This document shows positions 12,670-24,153 of a DNA stretch of 64,000 bases, piece after piece. Source of the stretch: Octopus sinensis (taxonomy: Eukaryota); the NCBI RefSeq assembly GCF_006345805.1, contig NC_043017.1, forward strand, positions 12,958,001-13,022,000. The letters are read 5' to 3'. Positions within the stretch are counted from its first letter, which is position 1. Each line of letters opens with the position of its first letter. The position numbers and the translations under genes were made by a program. Below the pieces are notes generated by a model, which saw nothing but the letters and a program-made list of their open reading frames with translations, was not told where the DNA came from and searched no databases.

Positions 12670-12804
12670 AATCTACTGAAGTACACATATGAAGAACTCA
12701 ATAAGTTGCAAGCTGATATCCAAAACCACACAGAATGTAAGCTGAAGTATATCCAGTATTTAGATAACCAGTTTCATGAAATTGAAAATTCCAGAGTATC
12801 CCAG
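12670..12804 (+). CDS. CCDC180: CCDC180-like exon F (0-0)
   Basis: atttcAG/GTATTT; NLLKYTYEELNKLQADIQNHTECKLKYIQYLDNQFHEIENSRVSQ vs recalled human NLEDYTIQAL...LEFSRTDK. Confidence 0.85.
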
Positions 12805-13032
12805 GTATTTCCGATCACATATTTTTTATTATCTTTTCCTTATTTCAGACGTTGGACTGTGGCCATACTGTGGCACCATATAAAGTGTTTAGTTAAACTA
12901 ATCAATCTTAGTGATAATTTTTTTGTGTCTGTACTTATTCTATCAGTTTCTTTTGGTGAACCTTTAAGTTACAGGGACTTGAACACACCAACACTAGTTC
13001 TCAGGCACTGGGAAGACAAATACAAAAACATA

Positions 13033-13744
13033 TACAGGGTGCAGTGGGTAAATTGTCACTATTTTATACTTTTAATTTCACATACACACATATTTTGTTT
13101 TTCATTTTATCAACTGCACAGTATGGTAGGGTCAGTTGGGCACCAACTGTGTGAAACACAACACCATGATGCAATTCACAATGCCAGAAATTTGGAAACA
13201 ACATGCTGTACTGCTTGACATTCATGCTGGAAGCTCCAAAACATGTACCAAGAGTGATAAAAATCAAACATCCAGTCAACATCATGGTGCTTGGAGTGAT
13301 CACTAGTGATGGTGATGTTATGCCTCCATTCATCTTCCCACACAGCCTCAGACTCAACACCGAGGCCTACATCAAGTGCCTGGAAGAGATAGTATTGACT
13401 TGGATCTAGAGGGTGGCAGCTGGAAGACCCTATGTCTGACAACAGGACTCTACACCATGCCACATAAGCAGGAGAACCCAATCGTGGCTGTCAGACAATT
13501 TCTGCGACCACATCACCCCTAAAATCTGGCCACCTAACTCTCCAAACTGCAACCCTCTTAATTGTTATGTGTGGGGCGCAGCTGAGCGAGAGACCAACAA
13601 AACTTCTTGTAACACCAAAGATGAACTGAAGGTAAGGATTATGGCAGCATTCACCAACTTAAACAAGATGGCCATCCAGAAGAGTTACAGGAGATTCCCA
13701 TGTCATCTGGAGACCATGATTGAAGCCAATGGCGATTTTTTTTG

Positions 13745-13750
<6 letters not shown>
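13033..13750 (+). mobile_element. Tc1/mariner-superfamily transposase relic, internally deleted
   Basis: TA-CAGGGTG end; IMVLGVITSDG, QQDSTPCH, WPPNSPNCNPLNCYVW with stops. Confidence 0.85.
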
Positions 13751-13790
<40 letters not shown>

Positions 13791-13900
13791 ATATATATAT
13801 GTAACGGGAAGCTTTATGAAAATAAACAAAATACGAAGGCAGGTGGAGTACAAACAAACAATTGTATTAGTATGGCGCTCAGGAATATAAATAAAACAAG

Positions 13901-13938
13901 TCTTTTACGTTTCGAGACTATGCTCTTCAACAGAAAGA
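13901..13938 (-). ncRNA. Minimal hammerhead-like motif (A6U variant)
   Basis: TCTTT-CTGTTGA-A-GAG catagt CTC-GAAAC-GTA-AAAGA. Confidence 0.55.
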
Positions 13939-14398
13939 TACACAGAAAAGAAACACGGAGAGAAACAAGGAGAGAAAAAAAATGCATGCAGAAGCTAGCG
14001 ATTCAACATGGCGATCTGTACATGTTTGTTTGTCTATGTTTGTTTGTCTATGTTTGTCCCCCCAACATTGCTTGACAACTGATGCTGGTGTGTTTACGTC
14101 CCCATAACTTAGCAGTTTCGCAAAAGAGACTGATAGATTGAGTATTAGGCTTACAAAGAATAAGTCCTGAGGTTGATTTGCTCGACTAAAGGGCAGTACT
14201 CCAGCATGGCCGCAGTCAAGTGACTGAAGCAAGTAAAGAGTAAAGAGTATACGATGTATGGATGCCAGGAAAATGTTTTCAGACTTTTAGTGAGCACTTG
14301 TTTCATACATTTTCTGAATATAAAGCTTTCTTTTCATAGGTCCCAAGGAATATTGGGAATGTTCAGCATATATTATGTAGAGATGTTAAGGAAATGGA

Positions 14399-15278
14399 TG
14401 GAAGCACTCCGTCGGTTACGACGACGAGGGTTCCGGTTGATCCGATCAACGGAACAGCCTGCTCGTGAAATTAACGTGTAAGTGGCTGAGCACTCCACAG
14501 ACACGTGTACCCTTAACGTAGTTCTCGGGGATATTCAGCGTGACACAGAGAGTGACAAGGCCGGCCCTTTGAAATACAGGTACAGCAGAAACAGGAAGTA
14601 AGAGTGAGAGAAAGTTGTGGTGAAAGAGTACAGCAGGGATCACCACCATCCCCTGCCGGAGCCTCGTGGTTACGACAACGAAGGTTCCGGTTGATCCGAA
14701 TCAACGGAACAGCCTGCTCATGAAATTAACGTGTAAGTGGCTGAGCACTCCACAGACACGTGTACCCTTAACGTAGTTCTTGGGGATATTCAATGTGACA
14801 CAGAGAGTGACAAGGCCAGCCCTTTGAAATACAGGTACAACAGAAACAGGAAGTAAGAGTGAGAGAAGGTTGTGGTGAAAGAGTACAGCAGGGATCACCA
14901 CCATCCCCTGCCGGAGCCTCGTGGTTACGACAACGAAGGTTCCGGTTGATCCGAATCAACGGAACAGCCTGCTCGTGAAATTAACGTGTAAGTAGCTGAG
15001 CACTCCACAGACACGTGTACCCTTAACGTAGTTCTTGGGGATATTCAATGTGACACAGAGAGTGACAAGGCCAGCCCTTTGAAATACAGGTACAACAGAA
15101 ACAGGAAGTAAGAGTGAGAGAAGGTTGTGGTGAAAGAGTACAGCAGGGATCACCACCATCCCCTGCCGGAGCCTCGTGGAGCTTTAGGTGTTTTCGCTCA
15201 ATAAACACTCTCAATGCCCGGTCTGGGAATCGAAACTGCGAGTCCGCTGCCCTAACCACTGGGCCATTGCGCCTCCAC
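14399..15278 (-). mobile_element. SINE S2 with its 255-bp 3' part triplicated; 14-bp TSD
   Basis: TSD GA(T/C)GTTAAGGAAAT; repeat junctions at 14667 and 14922. Confidence 0.9.
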
Positions 15279-15362
15279 GACGTTAAGGAAATATGTCCTG
15301 TGTGTCACAGATGATACACAGGTAAAGGGTTAATCCATCTAATCTGTATCATTCTCTTGCAG

Positions 15363-15458
15363 ATACAAACTGTTTTGTCCAATTACAAGACTTCTTTTCA
15401 AGAAATAGCTTACCTCACAACACCGGAGGTATATCGCCTGATGGAGAGTGAAGTGCAG
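15363..15458 (+). CDS. CCDC180: CCDC180-like exon G (0-0, 96 nt)
   Basis: ttgcAG/GTAATT; IQTVLSNYKTSFQEIAYLTTPEVYRLMESEVQ, strongly matching the recalled CCDC180 motif SYLMRPEVYRLINEEA. Confidence 0.92.
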
Positions 15459-16356
15459 GTAATTAAGCCTTTTTTTTTTTATCACCATTTTCATAATTAC
15501 AATTTTCTGTGTCACTCAAGTAATTAAATTATCATCTGGATAATTGAAATTCTCAATGGGAGAGTTTATTCACCTTACACACACGCACACACACACACAT
15601 ACAAACAAGCAAGCAAGCTTTATCATTTATGATCTCAGTCCAATCCAACTTATTACTTCACTTATTGCTTGATATACTAGAAACAACAGTTAAATCCACC
15701 TTAGATTACTCTCTGCTGTCTTGGAAAAAGAGAAGGATACATTAGATAATATATATTTCTTTACTACCCACAAGGGGCTAAACATAGAGGGGACAAACAA
15801 AGGGATTAAGTCGATTACATCGACCCCAGTGCGTAACTGCTACTTAATTTATCAACCCCAAAAGGATGAAAGGCAAAGTCGACCTCGAAACGTAACGACA
15901 GACGAAATACTGCTACGAATTTCGCCCGGCGTGCTAACGTTTCTACCAGCTCGCCGCTGGTATATTAGATAATATAGTGGTGAATACACTACCTGAGAGA
16001 TGGATGGGATGATCATGGTTGGAGTGTCTTTGATCATAAGTCTGCTTAGTCAGTTAATCCTGGGGCTAAACTACAACAAACACAACAGTAACAATAACAA
16101 CCACCACCACAGCAGCTACAGTAACAACAACAGCAACACCATCACCAACAACCACAACACTAACAACAGCAACAACCACAGACCTACCATCTGATTCTGT
16201 TCTTTTTCTGTCTTTTCAATTGACCCCAAAAGAATGAAAGGTAAAGTCAACCTCAGTGGCATTTGAACTCAGAACAAATTTGAACGGCAGACGAAATACA
16301 GCTAAGCATTTCGCCCAACATGCTAACAATTCTGCCAGCTTGCCACATTAGTAGTA

Positions 16357-16402
<46 letters not shown>

Positions 16403-16419
16403 TGGTAGTAGTAACAATA

Positions 16420-16449
<30 letters not shown>

Positions 16450-16450
<1 letters not shown>

Positions 16451-17036
16451 ATGCCCTGATGCAGTACCAGGCAGTGGCTATGCCCTGATGCAGTACCAGG
16501 CAGTGTCTCTCATGGCTTCTGATCTTAACTGATTAGAAGTGTTATCATGTACATTGTTTTGTCTTGGTATAAAAGATGGGCTACAGTAAATATTCTGCTC
16601 AATACCACAGATTTGCTTGTCAGTTGTTTGACCTTAACCAGTTGAGCATGACCCTTAGTGGCTGACGATATGTGCATCTCTGATCACGAGCAGGAGTAGT
16701 GGGGGAGCATCATAGCCATGTGTTGAGAGGGATTCTTTGGGGTTTGAATAATTCACCTCTGGAAACATGGGTGGTTCTTTCAACATTCTTAAAAAACCCT
16801 TATTCAGGGACCTTTTGAGCGGGATGGGCTACTCAACCCGAAGAAAATTCTAACTGGGCCCCACCTGCAAGGTCATGTGCTGTTTATCTTGATATGAGAT
16901 TACCATGTCGCGCACATATGGTTGTGATGCATGTGCCTGGTGTACCCTTGTCAGACGGGTAGTCATGATGGGTATATTGGGCTTCGTATATTTTACCCCA
17001 GTGTCACTTTGATGGCATGAACTGCTCTCTCACTCA
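16450..17036. mobile_element. About 590-bp non-coding interspersed repeat flanked by (AAT)n; partial copy at 39605-39893
   Basis: Two near-identical copies in the window, both in AAT tracts; 29-bp duplication at the left end. Confidence 0.75.
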
Positions 17037-17092
17037 ATAATAATAATAATAATAATGATGATGATGATGTTATCAATTTGGTTTTATTTCAG

Positions 17093-17256
17093 ATTATCAA
17101 CCAGACCTTGTTGAATAACAAACAAAGCTACACTGATATTTATACCCAATTACTCCTGGTTAACATAGAACAAGATCGGAAGCATCATTTAAACTGGAAG
17201 TCAATCATGACTCTTTGGAGAAACAAGAACGTACAGGAAATTCTTGAAAGATTCAG
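17093..17256 (+). CDS. CCDC180: CCDC180-like exon H (0-2)
   Basis: atttcAG; IINQTLLNNKQSYTDIYTQLLLVNIEQDRKHHLNWKSIMTLWRNKNVQEILERF; weak GTTACT donor abutting a SINE tail. Confidence 0.85.
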
Positions 17257-17261
17257 GTTAC

Positions 17262-18088
17262 TCTTACTCTCTTTTACTCTTTTACTTGTTTCAGTCATTT
17301 GACTGCGGCCATGCTGGAGCACCGCTTTTAATCAAGCAAATCGACCCCGGGACTTATTCTTTGTAAGCCCAGTACTTATTCTATCGGTCTCTTTTGCCGA
17401 ACCGCTAAGTGACAGGGACGTAAACACACCAGCATTGGTTGTCAAGCAATGGTGGGGGGGACAAACACAGACACACAAGCATATACACACACACTTATAT
17501 ATATATACATATATACGACAGGCTTCTTTCAGTTTCAGTCGAGCAAATCGACCCCGGGACTTATTCTTTGTAAGCCCAGTACTTATTCTATCGGTCTCTT
17601 TTGCTGAACCGCTAAGTGATGGGGATGTAAACACACCAGCATCGGTTGTCAAGCAATGCTAGGGGGACAAACACAGACACACAAGCATATACACACACAC
17701 TTATATATATATACATATATACGACAGGCTTCTTTCAGTTTCAGTCGAGCAAATCGACCCCGGGACTTATTCTTTGTAAGCCCAGTACTTATTCTATCGG
17801 TCTCTTTTGCTGAACCGCTAAGTGATGGGGATGTAAACACACCAGCATCGGTTGTCAAGCAATGCTAGGGGGACAAACACAGACACACAAACACACACAC
17901 ACATACATAAGTATATATACATATATACGACAGGCTTCTTTCAGTTTCCGTCGACCAAATCCACTCACAAGGCATTGGTCGGCCCGGGGCTATAGCAGAA
18001 GACAATTGCCCAAGATGCCACGCAGTGGGACTGAACCCGGAACCATGTGGTTGGTAAGCAAGCTACTTACCACACAGCCACTCCTGCG
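17262..18088 (-). mobile_element. SINE S1 with an internal 206-bp triplication
   Basis: Units start near 17331, 17538 and 17744. Confidence 0.9.
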
Positions 18089-18619
18089 TTGAGTTTTTTT
18101 CTTTTTTCTTTTTTGTTTTGTTTTTTTCTTTTCTAAGGAAATCTTTAAATAATGCACAAGAAAATTTTCCAGTTTTCATTTCCTCTGATTTATCTGTTGT
18201 TCTATTGTCTTCTTGTTTTAGTCATTTAACTGCAGCCATTCTAAGGCACTGCTTTTAAGGGTTTTCCCCATTAATCACATCAACCCCAGTAATTATATCA
18301 GTCTAGTGCTTATTTTATCATTCTTGGTTTATTGGCCAGTTACACTCGAGACTGCTCCAATCTGGCCAGCCCCAAGAAAATCTAAGCTAAGAGCACTAGA
18401 TTCTTTGGAAGAAAGCAAGCAAAAAGAATTAGGGAAGGACGAGAAAGAGAGAAAAAGAAAGGAAAGGGACAGAGTGAGGTAAAGGAGGAGGGAAAGTGAT
18501 GAGAATGAAGAGAAGGCTAAGAAATGTGAGAGAGGGGGAAAAACAAAAAGAAAAGTGGAAAGAATGAAGAAAGTGTGAAGGGGTCTAAAAGAAAGAGTAA
18601 AAGAGTCATACAGAATTTA

Positions 18620-19590
18620 TATATTCTACTCCCTTTATCTCTTCTCTCTTTCTTCTCCGCCCCCACTTTTCTTACTTCTTCCCCCTTCATTCTACGCCCC
18701 TTCCAACTTCTCCCCTTTACACTCCTCCCTTCTTACTACTCTTCTCCTTCTCACTTCTCCTCCCCTTCCCACTTCTTCTCCCCTTCCCACTTCTCCTCCC
18801 CTTCCCAATTCTTCTTTCCCACTTCCCCACTTCCCTCTTCTCCCCTCTCCACTTTGTCTTCCCTTCCCACTTCTCCCCATCCCACTTCTCCCCTGATTTC
18901 ACTTCCCATTCCCCCTGTCCTCTCCTTCCCACTTCTCCTCTCTTCCCACTTCTTCTCCCTTTGCCACTTCTTCCCTTTGCCACTTCTCCCTTCCCACTTC
19001 TTCCCTTTCCCACTTCTCCCCATCCCACTTCTCCCCTGATTTTACTTCCCATTCCCCCTGTCCTCTCCTTCCCACTTCTCCTCTCCTTCCCACTTCTCCT
19101 CTCTTCCCACCACTTCTCCCTTTCCACTTCTCCCCTTCCCACTTCTCCCCTTTCCACTTCTCCCCATCCCACTTCTTCCCTTATTTCCCTTCCCATTCCC
19201 CCTGTCCTCTCCTTCCCACTTCTCCTCTCCTTCCCACTTCTCCTCTCATCCCACTTCTGCCTTTGCCACTTCTTCCCTTCCCACTTCTCCCCTTTCCACT
19301 TCTCCCAGCTTGCCACTTTTCCTCTCCTTCCTACTTCTTCCCTTTCCCACTTCTCCCTTCCCACTTCTTCTTCCATTCCCACTTCTTCCCTTATTTCCCT
19401 TCCCGTTCCCCCTCTCCTCTCTTTCCCACTTCTTCCCTTTCCCACTTCTTCCCTTTCCCACTTCTACCCCTTCCACTTCTTCTTCCATTCCCACTTCTTC
19501 CCTTATCTCCCTTCCCATTCCCCCTCTCCTCTCTTTCCCACTTCTCCCCCCCCCTTCCTACTTCTTTGCCCTTTCCCACTTCTCCTTCTC
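18620..19590. repeat. Polypyrimidine/polypurine minisatellite (CCCACTTCT-type)
   Basis: About 1 kb almost free of G on the + strand. Confidence 0.95.
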
Positions 19591-19668
19591 TAGGAACTCT
19601 ACCAGAAAAATTTGAAAAATTTCTCAAGACATTTCAAATGATTCTATTCTAATTTTCATTTTCTCCAG

Positions 19669-19788
19669 ACGATACATGTTGACCACAGCCTCTACCAAAC
19701 CGAAAGAAGTTCAAATCTTACTTGATGAGATAAACACTAAATTTTCAAATGTATTAAATGAATATAAAGAACATTTACAATTTCTCAG
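19669..19788 (+). CDS. CCDC180: CCDC180-like exon I (2-2)
   Basis: ctccAG/GTATGT; RYMLTTASTKPKEVQILLDEINTKFSNVLNEYKEHLQFL. Confidence 0.85.
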
Positions 19789-19875
19789 GTATGTTCTACA
19801 TTTTCACTCACACAAAAACCATTTGTCATTTTTTTTCTGTGTGTAGTTATTCCTTTATTGCCCACAGTGGGATAA

Positions 19876-20208
19876 ACATCATCATCATCATTGTTCGACC
19901 GTGGTCGAGACAATGGAATTTACCATGCTACGCCAGACTTGACGGTCCATCATGGCATGACGGAGGTCCTGTTGCTGGATGCCTGTATCCCTGGAGATTA
20001 CATCAGGGTAGGAGAGTGTGCGCCCTCTGGTATTGCGAGTAGATGGCTTCCAGAGGAGAAGAGTAGAAATTACTTCTTTTTCAGCTCTACAACAATGTCC
20101 AGCAAACTGGACTCTCCTACCTTTCACAAGAGATGACACAGGTGGTAGTTTCCCATATATTTGCATTTTGGTTGGAAGGCGCTTCCACGAGAGATTTTGA
20201 GCTCTCAT
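19876..20208 (-). mobile_element. 3' end of another RTE-type LINE with (GAT)n tail
   Basis: RRVQFAGHCCRAEKEVISTLLLWKP...RGRTLSYPD...MMDRQVWR. Confidence 0.85.
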
Positions 20209-21264
20209 AAGGGCTAAACATAGGGGGGACAAACAAGGACAGACAAACGGATTAAGTTAATTACATCGACCCCAGTGCATAACTGGTACTTAATTTATCG
20301 ACCCCGAAAGGATGAAAGTCAAAGTTGACCTCGGCGGAATTTGAACTCAGAATGTAACAGCAGACGAAATACCACTAAGCATTTCGCCCATGCAAACGAT
20401 TCTTCCAGCTCACTGCCTTGCCAAATGTAAATGGCCATTCATCAGATAAAATCTTGGTTGTGTGCATGGGTCAGTTGTGATTTCTATGTGGCAAAATGTG
20501 GGATCAAATCCAATGCTATAAAAGGGTTTTAGTCAAACAAATCAACCCCAGTATTATGGTTTTGAACCATTAAATTATGCAGATGTAAACAAACCAACAC
20601 CAGTTGTCAGATAGGAAAAGAAGACACACATGCACACACCGAAAACACACACACACACATGCGTATATATACACACACAACAGGATTCCACACAGTTTCT
20701 GTCTACCAACTACACCCGCATGGCATTGGTTGACCCAAAGCTATAGTTGAAGATGTTTGTGCAAGATGTCACACACTGGAACTGAACCTGGAATCAAACG
20801 GTTGTAAAGCGAGCATCTTAACCACACAGCCATATCTACATTTGTATATATATATTTGTGTGTGTGTGTAATGATTGTGCATGTGTGCCTGTGTATATGA
20901 GTTTGTATGTCTATGTGTGTGTCTGTGTATACAATGTGTGTATGTGTGTGTGTGTAGATATATACACATACATATACTTTTTTTTGTAGAATGGCATTGT
21001 AGTTGTCAGCACTGATTGAGCAGGCCTATAATCAAAGACATTCCAGCCTTGACCATTCCATTTGTTGTATATCTGGGACTACACTGTCCAATATGTCCTT
21101 CCTGTTTTAAGATGGTAGGCTATAATTTAAGGGAGTCTGACTGTTGTTACCAGCAGATCGAGCACACACACACACCCCCATAGGGACTTGTGATCATGCA
21201 ATGGTTAGTACACCCACATTGTACCCCAACATTCTTGTGGTATTGTAGCAATGTCACAACAAGG

Positions 21265-21665
21265 CGATGAGCTAGCAGAATCGTTAGCACGCCGGGAGAC
21301 ATGCTTAGCGGTATTTCGTCTGCCGCTACGTTCTGAGTTCAAATTCCGCCGAGGTCGACTTTGCCTTTCATCCTTTAGGGATCGATAAATTAAGTACCAG
21401 TTACGCACTGGAGTCGATGTAATCGACTTAATCCGTTTGTCTCCTCTGTGTTTAGCCCCTTGTGGGTAATAAAGAAATAGGTATTTCATCTGCCGCTACG
21501 TTCTGAGTTCAAATTCCGCCGAGGTCGACTTTGCCTTTCATCCTTTCGGGGTCGATTAAATAAGTTCCAGTTACACACTGGGGTCGATATAATCGACTTA
21601 ATCCGTTTTGTCTGTCCTTGTTTGTCCTCTCTGTGTTTAGCCCCTTGTGGGTAGTAAAGAAATAG
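21265..21665 (+). mobile_element. SINE family S3 (Nin/Deu-like domain), tandem pair
   Basis: GTTCAAATTCC B box; GACTTTGCCTTTCATCCTTTCGGGGTCGATAAATTAAGTACC resembles the Nin/Deu domain. Confidence 0.85.
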
Positions 21666-21771
21666 GTATTGTAGCAATGCTGTAGACATGTCTGGGTGGC
21701 AAAATAAGCATATAAAAATGTTTTAAAGTATATTTGATATTGTAAACCTGTTTTCTTTTAAATTTGAATAG

Positions 21772-21851
21772 GAGTTTCTTGCCACCAAAATGCACGAAAG
21801 CTTTTGTTGCAGAATGGTTTGGAAGAATAAACGAGGTAACGGAAAAACTAA
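21772..21851 (+). CDS. CCDC180: CCDC180-like exon J (2-1)
   Basis: gaatAG/GTAAGT; SFLPPKCTKAFVAEWFGRINEVTEKL vs recalled human [26 protein letters not shown]. Confidence 0.9.
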
Positions 21852-21951
21852 GTAAGTAACGAGAGTTTGATGTAATAAAGAGTTAAAGTTTCTATTCATC
21901 ACTCAGGAACACATATACACTTCATCATATATGTGTGTGTTTGTGTGTGTG

Positions 21952-21993
<42 letters not shown>

Positions 21994-22033
21994 GATAAAT
22001 CTCAGAGCGAGTTATAAACAGTAGCAGCAACAC

Positions 22034-22429
22034 ATCGTGACGTATATTTGCCATTTGAATATGGCTAACCCCTAAGGGTGGATGCTACTGTAGTTTGTAG
22101 CCCCAGGAGGACACCTCCTCCAGCTGGCTATAGACACACTTTCTGTGCCCTATCAGTATTTGTATATGTATATGTATTTGTGAAGGGAACCGAATTCTCG
22201 TCGACAACTATGATTGTCACACGCCGATGACGGGTCAATACCCTGAAACTCGAGTCCGTGTGTGTCATAAGTTGAAGATGGGAAGGATGGCTTCCCTTCG
22301 CAAATACTGATAGGGCACAGAAAGTGTGTCTATAGCCAACTGGAGGAGGTGTCCTCCTGGGGCTACAAACTACAGTAGCATCCACCCTTAGGGGTTAGCC
22401 ATATTCAAATGGCAAATATACGTCACGAT
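22034..22429. repeat. Foldback element, about 129-bp inverted arms
   Basis: 22034-22162 pairs with 22301-22429 (one mismatch); deleted copy at 5268-5477. Confidence 0.92.
22218..22262 (+). ncRNA. Type I hammerhead ribozyme motif (U4C variant) in the loop of a foldback element
   Basis: CACACG-CCGATGA-CGGG tcaata CCCT-GAAAC-TCGA-GTC-CGTGTG. Confidence 0.7.
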
Positions 22430-22452
22430 ATATATATATATATATATATATA

Positions 22453-22880
22453 GGGGGAAAGTAAGAAGAAAAATAAGCGAAAATGCACATTGGACATCAA
22501 AAAAATTAAAGGCTTTTTATGAAAAAGTAACGATAGATATATACAATTAGATGAACTGAGGTAGGAATAAAAGTAATAAAAGGCATTATTGTGAATTGTT
22601 AAAGAGATTTAAAAGCATACCGGTTTCATAAATTTACTAATCATTGCTTTGAATGCACACCATTCATTAATCGGTGTGCATTCAAAGCAATGATTAGCAA
22701 ATTTACAAAACCGGTATGCTTTTAAATCTCTTTAACAACTCACAATAATGCCTTTTATTACTTTTATTCCTACCTCAGTTCATCTAATTGTATATATCTA
22801 TCATTATTTTTTCATAAAAAGCCATTACTTTTTTTGATTTCCAATGTGCATTTACGTGTATCTTTCTTCTTACTTTCCTC
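22453..22880. repeat. Long hairpin, about 210-bp arms and an 11-nt loop
   Basis: Centre GCACACC-attcattaatc-GGTGTGC; right-arm sequence recurs at 52960-53085. Confidence 0.9.
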
Positions 22881-22964
22881 TTACATTTCCACGTGTAGTT
22901 TCTATTTTCTTTTGTAACATATTTCTATTGTTTATTTAAACCTTGCCAAGATAAATATTTAAAC

Positions 22965-23028
22965 CACCTGATGAATGACTGTAACTCGAAAATTTAAAGA
23001 AATTAACAGCCATGAAACGATCGTAGTG
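22965..23028 (+). ncRNA. Type I hammerhead ribozyme motif with intact core
   Basis: CAC-CTGATGA-ATGACTGT...ACAGCCAT-GAAAC-GATC-GTA-GTG. Confidence 0.8.
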
Positions 23029-23167
23029 ATATATTAATTATATTTTTTAATAATTTTGTTATATATTTAAATTATATAAATTAAATAATCTTATGTATTG
23101 GCTTAAGTTTTTCATTGTATGATTTGCCTAATAGTGGTTTTGTCTCTAATTTAATATAATATATATA

Positions 23168-23199
<32 letters not shown>

Positions 23200-23400
23200 A
23201 ACATATTTCTGTTATATATATATAAAGGTTGTGTCTTGCAAACTTTTCAATAGTCCTAAAAAGGTTGCAAGACGCAACGAAAATTTAAGAAAATAAAGAT
23301 AAGTAAGTGGAAGTTTTTACCAGTGAGTGTGTTACATTATAAGGCACAAAAAGAAAATGACTCTCCCCAGACACAACAGTATATATATATATATATATAT

Positions 23401-23572
23401 AGGCGCAGGAGTGGCTGTGTGGTAAGTAGCTTGCTTACCAACCACATGGTTCCGGGTTCAGTCCCACTGCGTGGCACCTTGGGCAAGTGTCTTCTACTAT
23501 AGCCTCGGGCCGACCAAAGCCTTGTGAGTGGATTTGGTAGACGGAAACTGAAAGAAGCCCGTCGTATATATG

Positions 23573-23607
<35 letters not shown>

Positions 23608-23791
23608 CTGTGTTTGTACCCCCAACATCTCTTGACAACCGATGCTGGTGTGTTTATGTTCCCGTCACTTAGCAGGGAGACCGATAGAATAAGTACTGGG
23701 CTTACAAAGAATAAGTCCCGGGGTCGAGTTGCTCGACTAAAGGCGGTGCTCCAGCTTTGCCACAGTCAACTGACTGAAACAAGTAAAAGAG
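23401..23791 (+). mobile_element. SINE S1
   Basis: Same head and tail. Confidence 0.9.
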
Positions 23792-23804
23792 TATATATAT
23801 AGCA

Positions 23805-24060
23805 CTTTGTGAAAGCCCTGTGGAAGTCCTCCAAAGTGAAGGTATCCAGCACTCTTGTCACAGCCTCCTTCATCATGGAGAACAACCAAAAGTCACAGTA
23901 AGCAAGGTCTGGATTGTAGGAAGGATGAGGGACAGTTTTGATGCTTATTTCTATCAAGTAGTTGACTACCAAGGTCGAATCATGGACTGATGCATTGTCC
24001 TGATGCAGGTGCCGCTGACCCAAGAGGTAGAACTCTGGCCCTTTGCAATAAAGTCTGTTC
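23805..24060 (-). mobile_element. Mariner (DD34D-type) transposase fragment
   Basis: LHQDNASVH...VPHPSYNPDLAYCDFWLF. Confidence 0.85.
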
Positions 24061-24153
24061 CAATGAACGATTTGTTGACAGGAGAAATGACAGTAATATA
24101 GCTGCTTGTAGCTCCTCATGATGTGTATTCATCACCTTAGCACATCTTCATTT

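Noticed and set aside
18575-19652. Pro/Leu/Ser- and Gly/Arg/Glu-rich ORFs
   Set aside because: Products of the polypyrimidine minisatellite, open on both strands.
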